Assembly (NCBI GenBank): GCA_035084275.1
Contig: CM068742.1
Coordinates: forward strand, 48,298,001 to 48,362,000
Length of the DNA: 64,000 bases
Source: Hydrolagus colliei
Lineage: Eukaryota
Direction: 5' to 3'
This document shows, piece after piece, positions 50,683-63,538 of this stretch; the stretch's first letter is position 1; each line of letters opens with the position of its first letter. A model generated the notes under the pieces. The model searched no databases, was not told the origin of the DNA, and saw only the letters and a list, made by a program, of their open reading frames with translations. Both the position numbers and the translations under genes were made by a program.

Positions 50683-52794
50683 TGCACAATATACAAACCC
50701 CGAATTCCGATCTTAACCCCTGGACAAAAGCTACCTACATCTCTGATAACCCCAACAACATCAATGTCTTTGCCATTCTCCACACCACTAAACAATGTAG
50801 TATAAATACATCACATTGTGGCTACCAGCACATCAATAAATGTATACCATCATCACTAACCAACCTGAACATGAATACCAAAGTAGCTTTGAGGAATTTG
50901 AACGTGTATTGGTTTAGAAAGGTATATCGGACACATGGCAAGTTGCAAACAATGGAAACACCTGGAGAGAAGTATGTGGGTACAAATAAGTTCAGACAAT
51001 GGAAAGAAGATGATGACTTAAGGAATGATCACTATATACAGTACTGTAGTTTGTTCTGAAGAAAGAGCTTGAGACAAGTGCAGCCATCATCAGCGAAAGT
51101 TATCAAAAGGTAAAACAAATATATTGAAGTATTTCTATCTATATTTCATTCTAAATTTGAGTTTGTTTGCAGATTGATTTAACAATAATCAAATAATACT
51201 ACTTATTTGTTAGCTGGGACAATGTAGGAGAATGTGCATTATAATATTATGCAGGGTGCTTTGAGCAAAATGTATGTGTGTTACAAGACATCCTGCATCT
51301 GAGAAAATTCTCATTGAAGTGAATCAAGTGTGAATAATGCTCTGTAAGTGCTTTAATCATCACCTAGATAGATTGTTATGTGCAGCGCCAGTAAAAATCC
51401 CTTCCAGAAGTCTGGAAGGAACCTATAGTGAAGGAATTCAAAGCAGCAACAACCATACCTGTTCCAAGTAGAGGTTTAGGTTGATGGAAATTGAATAGAA
51501 ATCTACGGCAAAAAGTAGCAGATCTCCATGATGACCTCCTGCAATGTTTCAACCTCCTCATTCATATAATTGATTCATGGCTTATGCACCCCCTCAAACC
51601 ATAAATATATCACTCCTCAGTCTTCATCTCTTTCTATCTCACGCCTAGCTTATTTCACTACAACTCTCTTCTGCAGCAAGATGGATCAGAGCAGCTAGTT
51701 TTACCAAGCTAGCTTTATTCCATAGTTATGTAGGCTACACTGGACACATTGAAGTTGATGATCAGTACAGACTGAGATGGGCTGAACCATTGAGCTTTTA
51801 GCCATTCTGCTCTGTGGAACTTCATCTTCGAGTCCCTTTGATTCAAACTTTCTCTCACCACTTTCAAAGGCCACTTCAAGATTTACCTATTTGACTGCAT
51901 TTTCAATCAACTTTCCATTCTCCACCTTCTTCACCTTCATCCGCCCCCCCCCACCCCCCCAATCCTGCATAGTTTTTCGCTAGCAGTGTGAAGTGCTTTG
52001 AGACTTCCTCCCACTTGAAAGGCGTAATAAGAATATAAATTATAATTCATAATTCTACAAAAATAAAATTCTGCCGGGTCCAATGTGATATGAGATTTGA
52101 CAAGTCAAAAAAAAATCCTCCCATTTGATATGGCGCTTTTCACATCTTCTAGACGTCTCAAAGCTCTTCACAGAATACACTGCAAAGTGAATTGAATGGC
52201 CTGTTCCCAAGACCATGGAATTCCTTGGAGTTCTTGCCAAAGCATTAGTAATTTTTGCTGAGAGTGTATTTGCAAATATGTATTATGCATACCACATTAT
52301 ATACATGAAGATTAACATCCATCACCTATTTTGAATGCAGAGGACCAGCCCCTTACATAATTACAATAGTCTAACAGTTAATTGAGTGTTCCCAAACCAC
52401 AATATCACCTTATTTCAAATCTAAAAAATATTTTTTACTTTTTATTCTCCTGACTGCATTTTACAGAAAAGAATAAACCAAAGTAAAACCAAAGCCATTG
52501 AAACAATAACAACCACAAGTTTCATTTATCTAGCACCTTGCACATCGGGAAGACATGCCAAGGTGTTAGGAATCTGGGACACAGTCACTGCACTTTAATG
52601 TGTACAGTTTATCTTGTACTCCTTGTGAAACTCTCTTGAGATGAATTTAGCCAACAAAAGAAACACACTTTATTTCAATGAATACATATGGGTCACAAAT
52701 CTGGTTAGTATTATAAATCAATTCCTCTTAAATGCGTTGATTTTTTTTATTTAACAGCTAACAAAATGTGTCAGAAATAAAGTCATTTTTTGGA

Positions 52795-53085
52795 ATACGA
52801 AGTTTAAATGAGATCCCAGCTGCCTGCTTAGGTGGACCTGAAAGGTCCCATTGAATAATTTGGAAAGAGAATGGTGTTTCTCCTGTTCTCCTGACAAACA
52901 ATCCCCCAGATAAAATTAATCATTCATTTTGTGACTCTCTGTGTCTGTGGGATATTGTTGTGTGCAAATTTGCTGCTACATTTGCCTACAAAATATGCCA
53001 TCACTACACTTCATAATAAGTCCTGCGAAGCAGGTGGGGACGACCCCCAATATGAAAACCACCTTATCAAATGCAAGGATTTTTA
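52795..53085 (+). mobile_element. Old DeuSINE, Deu domain and tail
   Basis: CTGCCTGCTTAGGTGGACCTGAAAGGTCCCATTG..TGTGGGATATTGTTGTGTGCAAATTTGCTGC. Confidence 0.75.
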
Positions 53086-53383
53086 AACTTCATTTCCAGC
53101 AATTACCTACTCTGATAACCCTGCATTAACAACAAAGTACAGTCAGAGTACAATAAAGTTATCTGGGATTTTCTGGTTTACATTCAGTGGTAGGAAAGTG
53201 AAAAACGGTTTATTTATCAACAAAGCACAGAAAGTATTACATATAACCTACATATAATATAACCTAGTCATCTATAGTTTGTTTGGATTAAGTATGCCTA
53301 CTCATTTTAGTGAACAGTTACAATTAAATTTTGTCTGATCAATGCATAATTGGTTTAAACTATCAGTCATCTAGACTTTACAT

Positions 53384-53904
53384 TAGGGTCCACCGATATG
53401 AACATTTTCCGATATCGATATATTGGTGGGCTCATATCGATATATATCGATATTGTACCGATATATCGATATCACCAGGTTTTTTATCATGTGCGCATGC
53501 GCGGAAATGGTGTTTAGTGGGAGGAGTGGGAGGAGGGGGAATGACCAGTCTGCGCATGTCTGTTTGTGTTTGGTGGTGGGGGGAAGGGAAGAAGGGGGAT
53601 GCGCGCGCATTCAGATATGCGTGCTCTACGCCCAGGAGGTTTGCAATGCAGGCGACAAGGTCAGTTAAATGCTATCTATGGTTTTTTGTTAGCTTAAGGG
53701 AGTGTAATGGGCATTTGAACCTTTGGTTGTATATTTTCTGTATGCTGTAAAGTGGCATTTGTTGATGATATACCGATATTTTGTGGATATACCAATATTT
53801 TTTTCACACAAAATTTTTCGATGTACCGATATATTCAAATTTCCAATATCGGTATATCAATATGAAACATTATACCGATATAACCAATATATCGATGGAC
53901 ACTA
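53384..53904. mobile_element. Non-autonomous hAT element (TAGGG-type), copy 2
   Basis: TIRs TAGGGTCCACCGATAT / ATATCGATGGACACTA. Perfect 8-bp TSD CTTTACAT (53376-53383, 53905-53912). Internal sequence homologous to 47963-48421. Confidence 0.95.
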
Positions 53905-54594
53905 CTTTACATACTTGATTAAGGAGGTATAAGCTTCCCTGTGGAGATGTTGAAAGCAGAAAGTATTGCTTGTTTCAAGAACAAATTGGATAGATTTAGA
54001 AAATAATATCTCGGGAAACAATATATAGTTTGGGTCACGATATGTAATGCGATTGCCAAGATGGCGGAAGGTGTAGTGGATGGACCTGGGTCTTCTTCTG
54101 CCTGGCAAATGTTATATTCCTATCTATTATGAACATACCAGAAAAACTGGACTCAATTTCCATAAGAAAAAGCAATGTTTAATCATTACAAGCTACATAC
54201 TATTATGCCCATGCTGCTAGTCTTTTGTGCTCTATGTTCATGCTGAAGAAATGTTCCTGCCTATCAGTCTTTACCAATCTGCAAATACAGTCTTGAAATG
54301 TCTCTTGAAATATAGGTTTCATGTCTTGAAACCTGATAATAAAAAACATATAAACTAAAAGAGAAGGAAAACAATGTATACTGTCGCCAACAAAACAATT
54401 ACGTGAAAATTATACAGAAATTATTCAGAAATATACATTTGGTAATGCATGAGGCGCACATTAACTTATTGGACAAGCGTCTCCCAGGGAATGGTGCTCT
54501 CATAAGTGTCTTCAATTAGAGACAGTGACATGTTCCCATGATTCATCAATAATCAATTTGCTATGATAGTAAAAATTGGTAGTACAAACAAATA

Positions 54595-55382
54595 CAATAG
54601 AAGCCCATTTATCCATGACCCGATCAACCATAACTTATGTATAACCGGCATCTCAAAAAAAAGGTCCGCATTCGATAAACCGGAATTTATCCAGAAAAAT
54701 GCATTTTTCTGGTGTTTTGTGTTGCATTAGTATTTTGGAATGCTGCTACTAGGTGCCTGATGGCGGCGCTGCTGGTACTGTAAAGCAATACACTCTCCGG
54801 AGTGTACACTTTGAGAGAGGCAGAGGGTGAGTTGATTAATTTAGATTTAATTTAGCCACAAAACAGCAAAACACACACACACCCTGAGCAAAGTTTACAG
54901 ATCAATTCATTGGCTTTTATTTTAATAAAAAAGACTCATCACTGCAATGCTCGTTTTACAGAGTGCAGTGTTTCAATCTAGTGTGCACACACACACACAC
55001 ACACACACAGGCATCGCAAGGCCTTTTGGAAAGAAAGCTAACTGAACTGAGCGGCTGCTGCTCACTCTTTGCTTTCTCAATAACACAAACTTTCCTCTCT
55101 TCTGCCCCCAATGTGAACAGTGTCATTCAGACGTGTAACTTTTGCACTAGTTTACAGATCTCTTTGAACTGCCTGGTCACTGTGTGTAAAATGATTATAA
55201 TTATTATTTATATATTATCATATAAAAGATTATTTAGTCTATTATTAATATGCTTTTAAAAAATATATATATATTTTAAAAATTCATCTTTTTTTGCGTT
55301 GGGTTTTCTGCCGAATATCCGGCAGGCGCTTTAACCGGCACTGGCCAGATCCCGAGGGTGCCGGATAAACGGGCTTCTACTG
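54595..55382. mobile_element. Non-autonomous pogo/Tigger-like (Tc1-mariner superfamily) element
   Basis: TA TSDs at 54593-54594 and 55383-55384. TIRs CAATAGAAGCCCATTTTATCC / GGATAAACGGGCTTCTACTG. Internal (CA)n. Confidence 0.85.
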
Positions 55383-57369
55383 TAAATGATTTGTGCTGTA
55401 GCATCTACACAGAATTTTTTTTAAAAGCCGGTATTTTCAGCTTCCTTTAACATGAGTTCTTCCTGCTGTTGGGTATCAATTTGGCTCAGTACGACTCATC
55501 AGAGCATATGTGTGTGTGTTAGGCAGAGGATGGGGAATGAATTTCACAACAGGATTTGCACTTATAATCTATGGCATGCGAATGTGGAGTGGAACAGAAG
55601 GAACAAAGGAAAATAAATGCCACCCTCGAGACAAGATGTTAAAATGTTAAACTGGTTCCTCTGGTGATTCTGGATTGATGATAATTATCCTATGATTCAA
55701 AGTAGTGTTGGGAGTTTTCCTGGCTCCCAAATCAGATATCGTTAAAAAGTACAGATTCAATGGTCATTCTTCTGATTGCTTTTCTGGCATGTTTCTGGCA
55801 CAGACTCCTTCCATTGAAATCCCATTGGAATTCCCATGGATCTGTGGGAACTCCACTCCAGAAGTAGATTGCATCTGAACAGATTCTCAGATTGCCGTGA
55901 CCTATTTCTGGTTACTGGAAATACTGTGCCCTTTTGTAGGAGTCGGATTCCGTATTAAGGAATCCCCTTAAGAAATACCGCAAATTACATCCCCTTAAGA
56001 TGCTGTATCAATTGTGAGCATACTTTTGTACATTATATTAATTTCACCTTTGCTCAGCCTTTTTTCAAACCACTCATTCTTAATACAAAAGGATTTGAAA
56101 TGTTAAAAATGGAGGTTACCTATCGCCATGAGTAGATCTCATATATTCTTTCCACTCCACTTATTTGTATCATTATCACTGCTGTTTCTGATTTATTCAG
56201 GGGCTCAGAAGAAAACATTTCCCTTTACTTCTTGAAATATCAGAAGCTGGACAACTGACCATTCAAACTATAAGTGAAATTAAAGGGGGCAGAATTTTTT
56301 AATTGTATTGAAACTGAAATAAATACATTAATTTCATCCATGTGGATTGAATGTTTGTGAAAAGGTGAGTGTGAGAAGGCAAGAGTGAGGTTCAGTCTGC
56401 ATATGTCAAATATAGTTCAAAAGAACAAAAGACTGAAACCTCAGCGCTTCCTGCTAAATCAAAGATAACACATTGATTTAAAAAACAAAGCAGTGGAAGA
56501 TATATGAGAGGAGGTTTTGTTAAATTTGCCTCCATAACCATCTCCTTCCCTATGGAAATCTACTCTGACCCCACTCTATTCATTTTCTTCATAGCCTGAC
56601 CACTTATGTGAGGAAATCACATACATCTTAACATATCATGTGGAGACCCATTGATTTCTCATTTCAACTCCCAATTTGATCTTAATTTATCTAATTTATC
56701 TAATAACAATCAAATTTGCTTGGCCATTGTGAACTTCCAATCAGCTCATTTCATTTTCATTTTAGTGATTAAAGTGACACAAAATGTTGAACCCAGTTTA
56801 ATTTGTTGGGCCTTGCTTTTGTTGTTTAGCAAGTCAGATTTCCTTGTCAGTTTAGTTGGAAGTTTTGGATCTAACCCTTCACCCCTGATTATTTAATAAG
56901 CAGCATCCTTTGTTTCAGAAAATGAGATCCAATTGTAATCAGTGCGCATTGATACATTCAGCTGAACATATTAGAATAATCATATTTTACATGGATTGTG
57001 TGCACTTACTTTAAACTTTGTGCCACTGAAGTGTATCGGCACAAATTAAGCAGTAACACTGTGCAGCTGGGTCCTTATTAAAATCAGGCCCCTGGGCCCG
57101 TCACTCAAACCGTTCGCCTTCATTGAGTGAATTTCATCAATTCTCAGCTGGGGTGCAGTATGAAATGTGACATGGCCATGAGGAATTGCTTATTATAGAT
57201 GGTGAGGGGAGGGGGAGGGTTGGTCACAACACAACTTTGCTTTTCTCAAATAATGCTATTGCTATTGTCTGTTTTCTAAGAGACGACAATGGAAAATCCC
57301 CTACAGAATTAGAGGACAGAATGGAATATCAGTGGATGGATCAAAGTCGTGGGTGATGGTTACATTGTA

Positions 57370-57692
57370 ATAATAACAATAATAATAATATTAATCCTTG
57401 CATTTGATATAGCACTTTTCTTGTCTTTTAGACATCTCAAAGCGCTTCACAGAATATGCTGTAAAGTGAATCGACTGTATATTTGTGGGCGAAACGCGGC
57501 AGCCAATTGTGCACAGCAGTGTCCCACAAACAGTTGTGGATTGAAACGACCAATTTTATCATTGTTTTTTGGTGAGAGATTATTATCAGGCGTGTGGAGT
57601 AGGAAACTTACCCAAGGTTTTGCTCTGGCAGGAATCGAACCCAGGTGTCTCATTTGCTAGGCAAGTGCTCTAACCACTGAACTACAGGACTT
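57370..57692 (-). mobile_element. Young tRNA-SINE, short form
   Basis: Matches 27292-27600. Confidence 0.93.
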
Positions 57693-58769
57693 CAGTAGGT
57701 AGAACTGGAGACATTTTGCTAACCAAGAGAAAATCTTTTTGTAACAAACTAAATAGGTAAGAACGGTTAGAATTGATTAATTGATAAAAAAAATCATTAT
57801 CTCAATTACTGCAGAGAATTAACAATCTCTCACAAGATCAATATGCATAAATGAACCACACATATACAGGAGGATTCTGTTATAGTTGGCATTTGGGATT
57901 TATAACAACAATAATAATGCATCTGATATATAGCACCTTTCAGTTTGGGAGGATATGTGAAAACATTTCACAGGATATACTATGATATACTATACAAAGT
58001 GTTGTGACTGTGGTTTTAGGTAAAGGCAGCAGCTAATTTACAAACAACAATCTCCCATATACAGCCATGACGTAAATGACTGATTTTATATGGGGACCTG
58101 TTGGCCTGGACAACAGAACAAACTCTATTCTCTTTTTCAATAGTGCCATGAATTTTTAATATCCAGAACAGGCAGACAGACCTTGTCTCACCTGAAGGAT
58201 GAGGAATAATAATTGAATAATAATAATTATTATCATTATTATTAAGGATGTTGTTTGAAGCAATGTAAATGTGCATCCTTTGGAAGAAAACAACAACTTG
58301 CATTTAGATAACACCAATCTTGGAGCGAGGTTGAAAATAAAATTGATGTGCTTGTCAAGGATGAGGTTGTGGATGGTGGGTCAATTAGATGGGTCACTGG
58401 GCGGAATAGGCTTTTGTTTGCATTTAGGATTCCCTTCAGTACTGGACCTTGAAAATAGCACAAAAGAAATGAGCTACCAATACAATGGAAAGTGCACCTC
58501 TCTAATCATAACACACAGCTTTTTGAGTTTGATTGATGGACACCGTTTTTGCTTGTCCTTCCTTAAACCTGGCACTGAGATTCTTCTCCTGGAGGAATTG
58601 AAACTGCAAGGTTTTTAAACGTGCACGTCAAACTTTTGCATTAGTTGTGTTTGTAGTTAGCTTTTTTTCAAGCAGCTTGTTTTAAATCTTATTTGCTTTC
58701 TTTGTTGATTGCTCAACAAAACCAAAGTAATACTGTACCTGTTTAAAATGTATCTCGAATATTGCTTAC

Positions 58770-58802
58770 CAGAACCTTCATTCAACGCAGGAGAGTAGCC
58801 AT
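58770..58802 (-). CDS. Candidate 33-nt phase 1-1 micro-exon (xGYSPALNEGSx)
   Basis: Acceptor tttttgacattttctag, donor CTG|gtaagc. Length is a multiple of 3 and only one frame is open. Gene not recognised. Confidence 0.35.
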
Positions 58803-58839
58803 CTAGAAAATGTCAAAAACATATTTGAAGTGACACATT

Positions 58840-59530
58840 AAACAACAACAAACAACAACAAAATTACATTTGTATCGCGTCTTTCACATCAGGAGGACAT
58901 CTCAAGGTGCTGGACAGATACTGCTTCAGACCCGAGCTGATGGGTCCATCGAAGGGGAGAGACTTGAGGCGAGACTTGAAGGAGGCCAGGGTAGGGGCGA
59001 GGCAAATGGACCTCGGGATAGAGTTCCAGAGGCTGGGGGCAGAGTGACTGAAGGCTCGACTGCCAATGGTTGGGTGGGTGGGTCGGGGGACGTGGAGCAG
59101 GCCAGAGTCTGCTGAACGGAGGATGGCGGGCAGGTTGGTAAGTGGATAGGAGGTCACGGATGTAGGTGGGGCGAGGTTGTGGAGGGCTTTAAATGGATTA
59201 AACTGTACCTTCATTAAAGTATGTATTATGGGCACGAGAAAGTGCATGTGTGGTAATATCAAAACATTTACAAGTCTATTGGCAGTGGTTGTGGGGAAGA
59301 GGAGAAGTAAGAGAAATGATCGTGGGGAGAAAGGTGATAAGGAGAGCAATTGCAGGCAGTGGAAAAGAACAATAGTTGAGGAAGAGGCAATCGTTGAGGA
59401 GGGAGAGGAATAGTAGTGAGAGAGGGAAGGGTATTGAGGAAGAGGGAGTGAGAGAGAGGAAATTATAGTGGAAGGAAGTGATATTGGGGAGATGGACGAT
59501 GAGGGTTATGCTAGTGGGCTTGGGATATTT
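58840..59530 (-). mobile_element. L2 LINE fragments and tail
   Basis: FKALHNLAPP..IGSRAFSHSAPSLWNSIP..FKSRLK; (AAC)n tail. Confidence 0.9.
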
Positions 59531-59879
59531 CCTCAAACAGTCCATACACACACTGTCTACCTGTGTCATTGGATTCTTGCCATGACAAATAATTGTTATT
59601 TAACAATGATATTTAACCATGATATTCAGGATTGCAAACTGAACTGACATCAACCTCTTGAAAACCAGCTGTGAAAAAAAACTTTTAATTATCCTCCATC
59701 ACCACAAATTGTCCCCGTATGGTTTTACAAGAGTGACCTCTAGTGTATTAGACAATGTACTTTGACATTGTATTGTACAATATCAAACAGGCTATCAGTG
59801 AACAGAAGGATTGATGAAAAATTCAACATTTATAAATTGTCTAGTTACAATGCAATCTCTATTTAAAGTATTAATACCC

Positions 59880-60335
59880 CAGATTGACTCCTTCCTCTCC
59901 TGCCACTTCCTTTCCGATCCCCTCTATTTTCCGTGGTGTCCACAGCCCTAGTCAAGGTGACAATTGACATTCTGTCCATCTTTCACCAGGGCTGTCTCCT
60001 TGTCCTCCTCGACCGCTTTGCTTTCAGAGCTCTCATTGCAATCAGGCTTGAATATGCCAATGCCCTGCTTGTTGCCCTCCCCAACTTTACCCCAACTGCA
60101 GATCACCCAGAACTCTGCAGTTTATGTCCTCTCCCACACCAGGCTCTGTGACACCATCACACCTACTCTCGCCCAACTCCGATGGCTCCCCATCCCTCAA
60201 AGGATTCAGTTCAAAATTTTCATTCTTGCCTTCAAGGCCTTCCATGACCTTGGTCCTTCCTATCTGCTAACCCCTTATCAACGTATCCGCTCCCTCCACT
60301 CAGTAGGCTCCAGCAAGCTCCATGTCCCCTTTTAT
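59880..60335 (+). mobile_element. L2 LINE RT fragments
   Basis: TALVKVTIDI; LQITQNSA..LAQLRWLPIPQRIQFKI. Confidence 0.9.
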
Positions 60336-61153
60336 TAAAAATAAAAGATTAAACTATATTAAAAACATGTAATTTCACTCCAAACTGTGAAGTTAATTGA
60401 GTGCATGTGTTTTGCCCACAAACATACAGTCAATTCAATTTACACTTTATATTCCGTGAAGCGCTTTGAGACCCCTAGAAGACGTGAAAACCTTTATATC
60501 AAAATCAAGGATTATTACGTGTGGAGTTCAGGGCTGTGTGAATACAGGCAAGGTTACCATAGACACAAATTATTCCCCTTATAACCTAGCACTCATAAAA
60601 ATGGAAGGGAACTAAGTTCAAAAACAAACATAAATATAATTGACAAATAAATAACTATGTTCATTAAGAATTATTTGTGCTCCATATCAAAAAATCCACA
60701 ATTTTGAAGCGATGCTGTTAATTCTAATGTGGACTTTCACTCATCCCCAAGTCGCTTGAGCTATGAAGGTACCAGTCTATTTTGGTGTCTAACTTGTATT
60801 CTATTTTGTGGAGCTAAGAACATTTTCTGTTGTATTTTCTACGTACAATTTTTCGCAGAATCTTTGAGAATTGCAATACCCCACCTGGCTGCTGTACTTC
60901 TTTTGAAATAGTATTAATATGGTAAGAAGGAGACTTGGAACAGGAAACAATTCCCAGCCCAATCCAGCAGTTAAGGGATCACATTGACGCAGCTAAATTT
61001 TCTTTTACTTTGCTAAAGGAATAAAGAAATTGAATACTATTTTCTGCAGTGTTGTATTTATTTGCTGTTACAATATATCCTCTTAGAAAACCCATTTCAG
61101 TTTAGAAACACTGTCTGCTTGCTGCTTTTATATAAACAAGTCAAATAAAACTG

Positions 61154-61237
61154 ATTTCACTTACTAACATATGCAGAAAATAGTATTTGCAGTATTTGAA
61201 AATAGTATTTCACTTACTAACATATGCAGAAAATAGT
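61154..61237. repeat. 31-bp direct repeat with a 22-bp locally templated spacer
   Basis: ATTTCACTTACTAACATATGCAGAAAATAGT at 61154-61184 and 61207-61237. Confidence 0.9.
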
Positions 61238-61239
61238 TT

Positions 61240-61650
61240 CTGGCCAGGCTCCACTGACTACCCATCACCGAACAGACCGACATCAAGATCCTCACACTCG
61301 TGAACTGCCCTCACTCTATCACACCTCCCTACCTCTCCGATCCTCCTCATCCAGCACTTGGCGCTTCCGCTTGATTGGCACTAGCCTTCTGCTCGTCCCT
61401 TGTACCCTCTGCCCCATCATCGTAGGTCGTGCTTGCAGCCACTATGCCCCAAGATTCTGCCTAAATCCCTCCGCCTTTCTCCCTCTCTCCACTTTTTAAA
61501 GTCCCAGTTGATAACCTCCTTCTATGACTGTGCTTATGGCCACCTCCCTACCGCCACCCACCAACCCACTGAAATCAGGCTCCGCCATTGTTAAATGCTC
61601 AGAGACGCTACCCTGTGTGGAGGGAGCTATATAAGTGCAAGTTGTTGTTA
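61240..61650 (+). mobile_element. L2 LINE 3' end
   Basis: VGRACSHYAPR; GGAGGGAGCTATATAAGTGCAAGTTGTTG tail. Confidence 0.85.
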
Positions 61651-62389
61651 TAAATGTTCAATTTTTTCAAGAAAATACAAATCTTGCACATTTGGAAGCA
61701 CTGTAAATAGCACAACGATGTTAAGAACAAATTAACTTGGTCGGTACTGAGACTGCCAAAAAAAAAAGTAGTAGATTTACTCCGAGCAGCAACTGGGAAT
61801 GAACAGCAAAGCTGCTTTTATTTAAACACAGATAATCTTGGAAATGATTTGACTCCATCCAAACCTTGTGCATACACACTGTCAAATCTCGCAGGTCCAT
61901 TACAAGCCTTTAGTGCTCAGCTCTAAACCCATAAGATTGTTGAAGGTCCAAATGCTGTTTGAAGTAGCCACTTAACAAAGTCGCACTGATACACCTTTAA
62001 GCCACTAGTTTCCATGGTGACTGAGTAAAGAACATAAATGTTTTTTACATCAATCGGGTAATGACAAGGTCAGTTGCACTTTTACACTCCTGTGAGAGTA
62101 TTGCTAAGCAAACTATTTATTGGAGGGAATCACGTTTACCTCACAACACTTAAACAGAATTACCAGGGAGGGACTTGTGTTTTACTCTATAGTTCCATCT
62201 GATATTTCAATTAAAATGCACAGTCATAGAATATTTATAGCACAGGAGCCCTTCTCTGTAGCTCCACCATTGCATCTAAGTACTTAATCTCATTCCTCTG
62301 CTCTTTTCCCCATACCACTGAATCTTTAAGTTTTGATCCAATTCCCTTTGAAATGCTGTTACAATGATAAAATCCATGAATTTGAGACA

Positions 62390-62705
62390 GCACCTTTTCA
62401 CATCAGGAAGACATCGCAAAGTGCTTCACAGGATTTCCAGTAAAGTGTAGTGACTGTGTATTTTTTAGGCAAACATATAGCCAATATGTACAAAGCAATA
62501 TCCCACAAACAACCATGAAGTGAATTGCCAATTTTATCTGTGGAATAGCTGGCCAGGACACCAGGAAAAACTCACGTCTCTTTTTAAATAGTGCAAATAA
62601 ATATTTAACATACACGTTAACAGGTAGACGTGGTTTGATTTAATGTCTACCCTAAAGGACAGCACTTCTAACAATGTAGTGCAGCACTATTGGAGTGTCA
62701 GCCGA
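62390..62705 (-). mobile_element. Old DeuSINE
   Basis: TGGCCAGGACACCAGGAAAAACTC..AATAGTGC is the reverse of the Deu domain. Confidence 0.75.
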
Positions 62706-63257
62706 GAAAGTGAGTTTCATCAGTTGTGTTTTATCTTTCCTCAGTTCAACTGGGGAAACACAGTCTTAAATAAACATATGATCTGGACCTTGTGGTCTCA
62801 TCTAAAGAGATTAGAAAAAATAACATCTCCTCAGTGTCTATGTATGTGAGTGGGTGGGACTGAAGGAAATTGTGATGAAATTCTCAACTAAACTAACACA
62901 TCATATATGTAGATTATGATATGTATGATAGCAAGTCGGTAACTGTAAATTTAGTTCAGCTTCAAAAATGGAAATGAATGACCGGAGAATAAAAGTTGCA
63001 ATAAATGCTCACAAATGTAGTAAGCTTAAAAAAAAGGAAAACTCAAAAGAAGAGGCAATTTTAGAATCTTATAGTACACAACTATTTGGTAACTCTCTAT
63101 TAGAGAGTTCCCAGATCCTTTATTATTTTTTCCTTTTTAATTATTTATCTAATTCACTTTTAAAATCTGTCATGAATTGTGCTTCAACCATCGTTTTTGG
63201 CAGGGTGTTCCTTGCATCAAGTCCACTCCTTTTATAATCTGTCAATAACTAGTTTTT

Positions 63258-63538
63258 GTGGAGTCCTGCAGCTCAGTGGTTAGAGCACTCGCCTTACAAC
63301 CATGAGACCTATATTCGAATCCAGGTAGGTCAGGGCGAAACCTTGGGAAAGTTTCCTTGCTCCACACGCCTATTAATAATCCCTCAAAAAAAAACACAAT
63401 ACTAAAACTGGTCATTTCAATCCATGACTGTTTGTGGGACACTGTACAATCAATTCACTTTACAGTTTTTTCTGTGAAGTGCTTTGAGACATCTAGAAGA
63501 TGTGAAAATCGCTATATCAAATGCAAGGATTATTATTA
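63258..63538 (+). mobile_element. Young tRNA-SINE, short form
   Basis: GTGGAGTCCTGCAGCTCAGTGGTTAGAGCACTCGCCTTACAA..ATTCGAATCC; tail AAATGCAAGGATTATTATT. Confidence 0.95.

Noticed and set aside
51395-51560. VWKEPIVKEFKAATTIPVP, possible RTE-clade RT remnant
   Set aside because: A single short motif with no supporting neighbours.
5865-56190. A multi-exon minus-strand gene assembled from phase-compatible exon candidates (e.g. ~51460, 45030-45119, 44541, 42273, 37780, 35564, 21388, 9037)
   Set aside because: Several alternative frames and acceptors fit equally well, the joined peptide resembles nothing I recognise, and the lowest candidates are better explained as antisense of the EVE.
58428-58618. 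+ strand exon-like segment with a good acceptor (FPSVLDLENSTKEMSYQ...)
   Set aside because: Weak donor, no recognisable protein, and no other + strand exons.
61154-61237. CRISPR-like repeat-spacer-repeat
   Set aside because: Only two repeats, the spacer derives from the repeat, no cas genes, and the DNA is eukaryotic.
63258-63330. tRNA-Val(TAC)-like sequence as a tRNA gene (also at 27530-27600, 49800-49865, 57630-57692)
   Set aside because: No acceptor stem, and each continues into a SINE body and tail.
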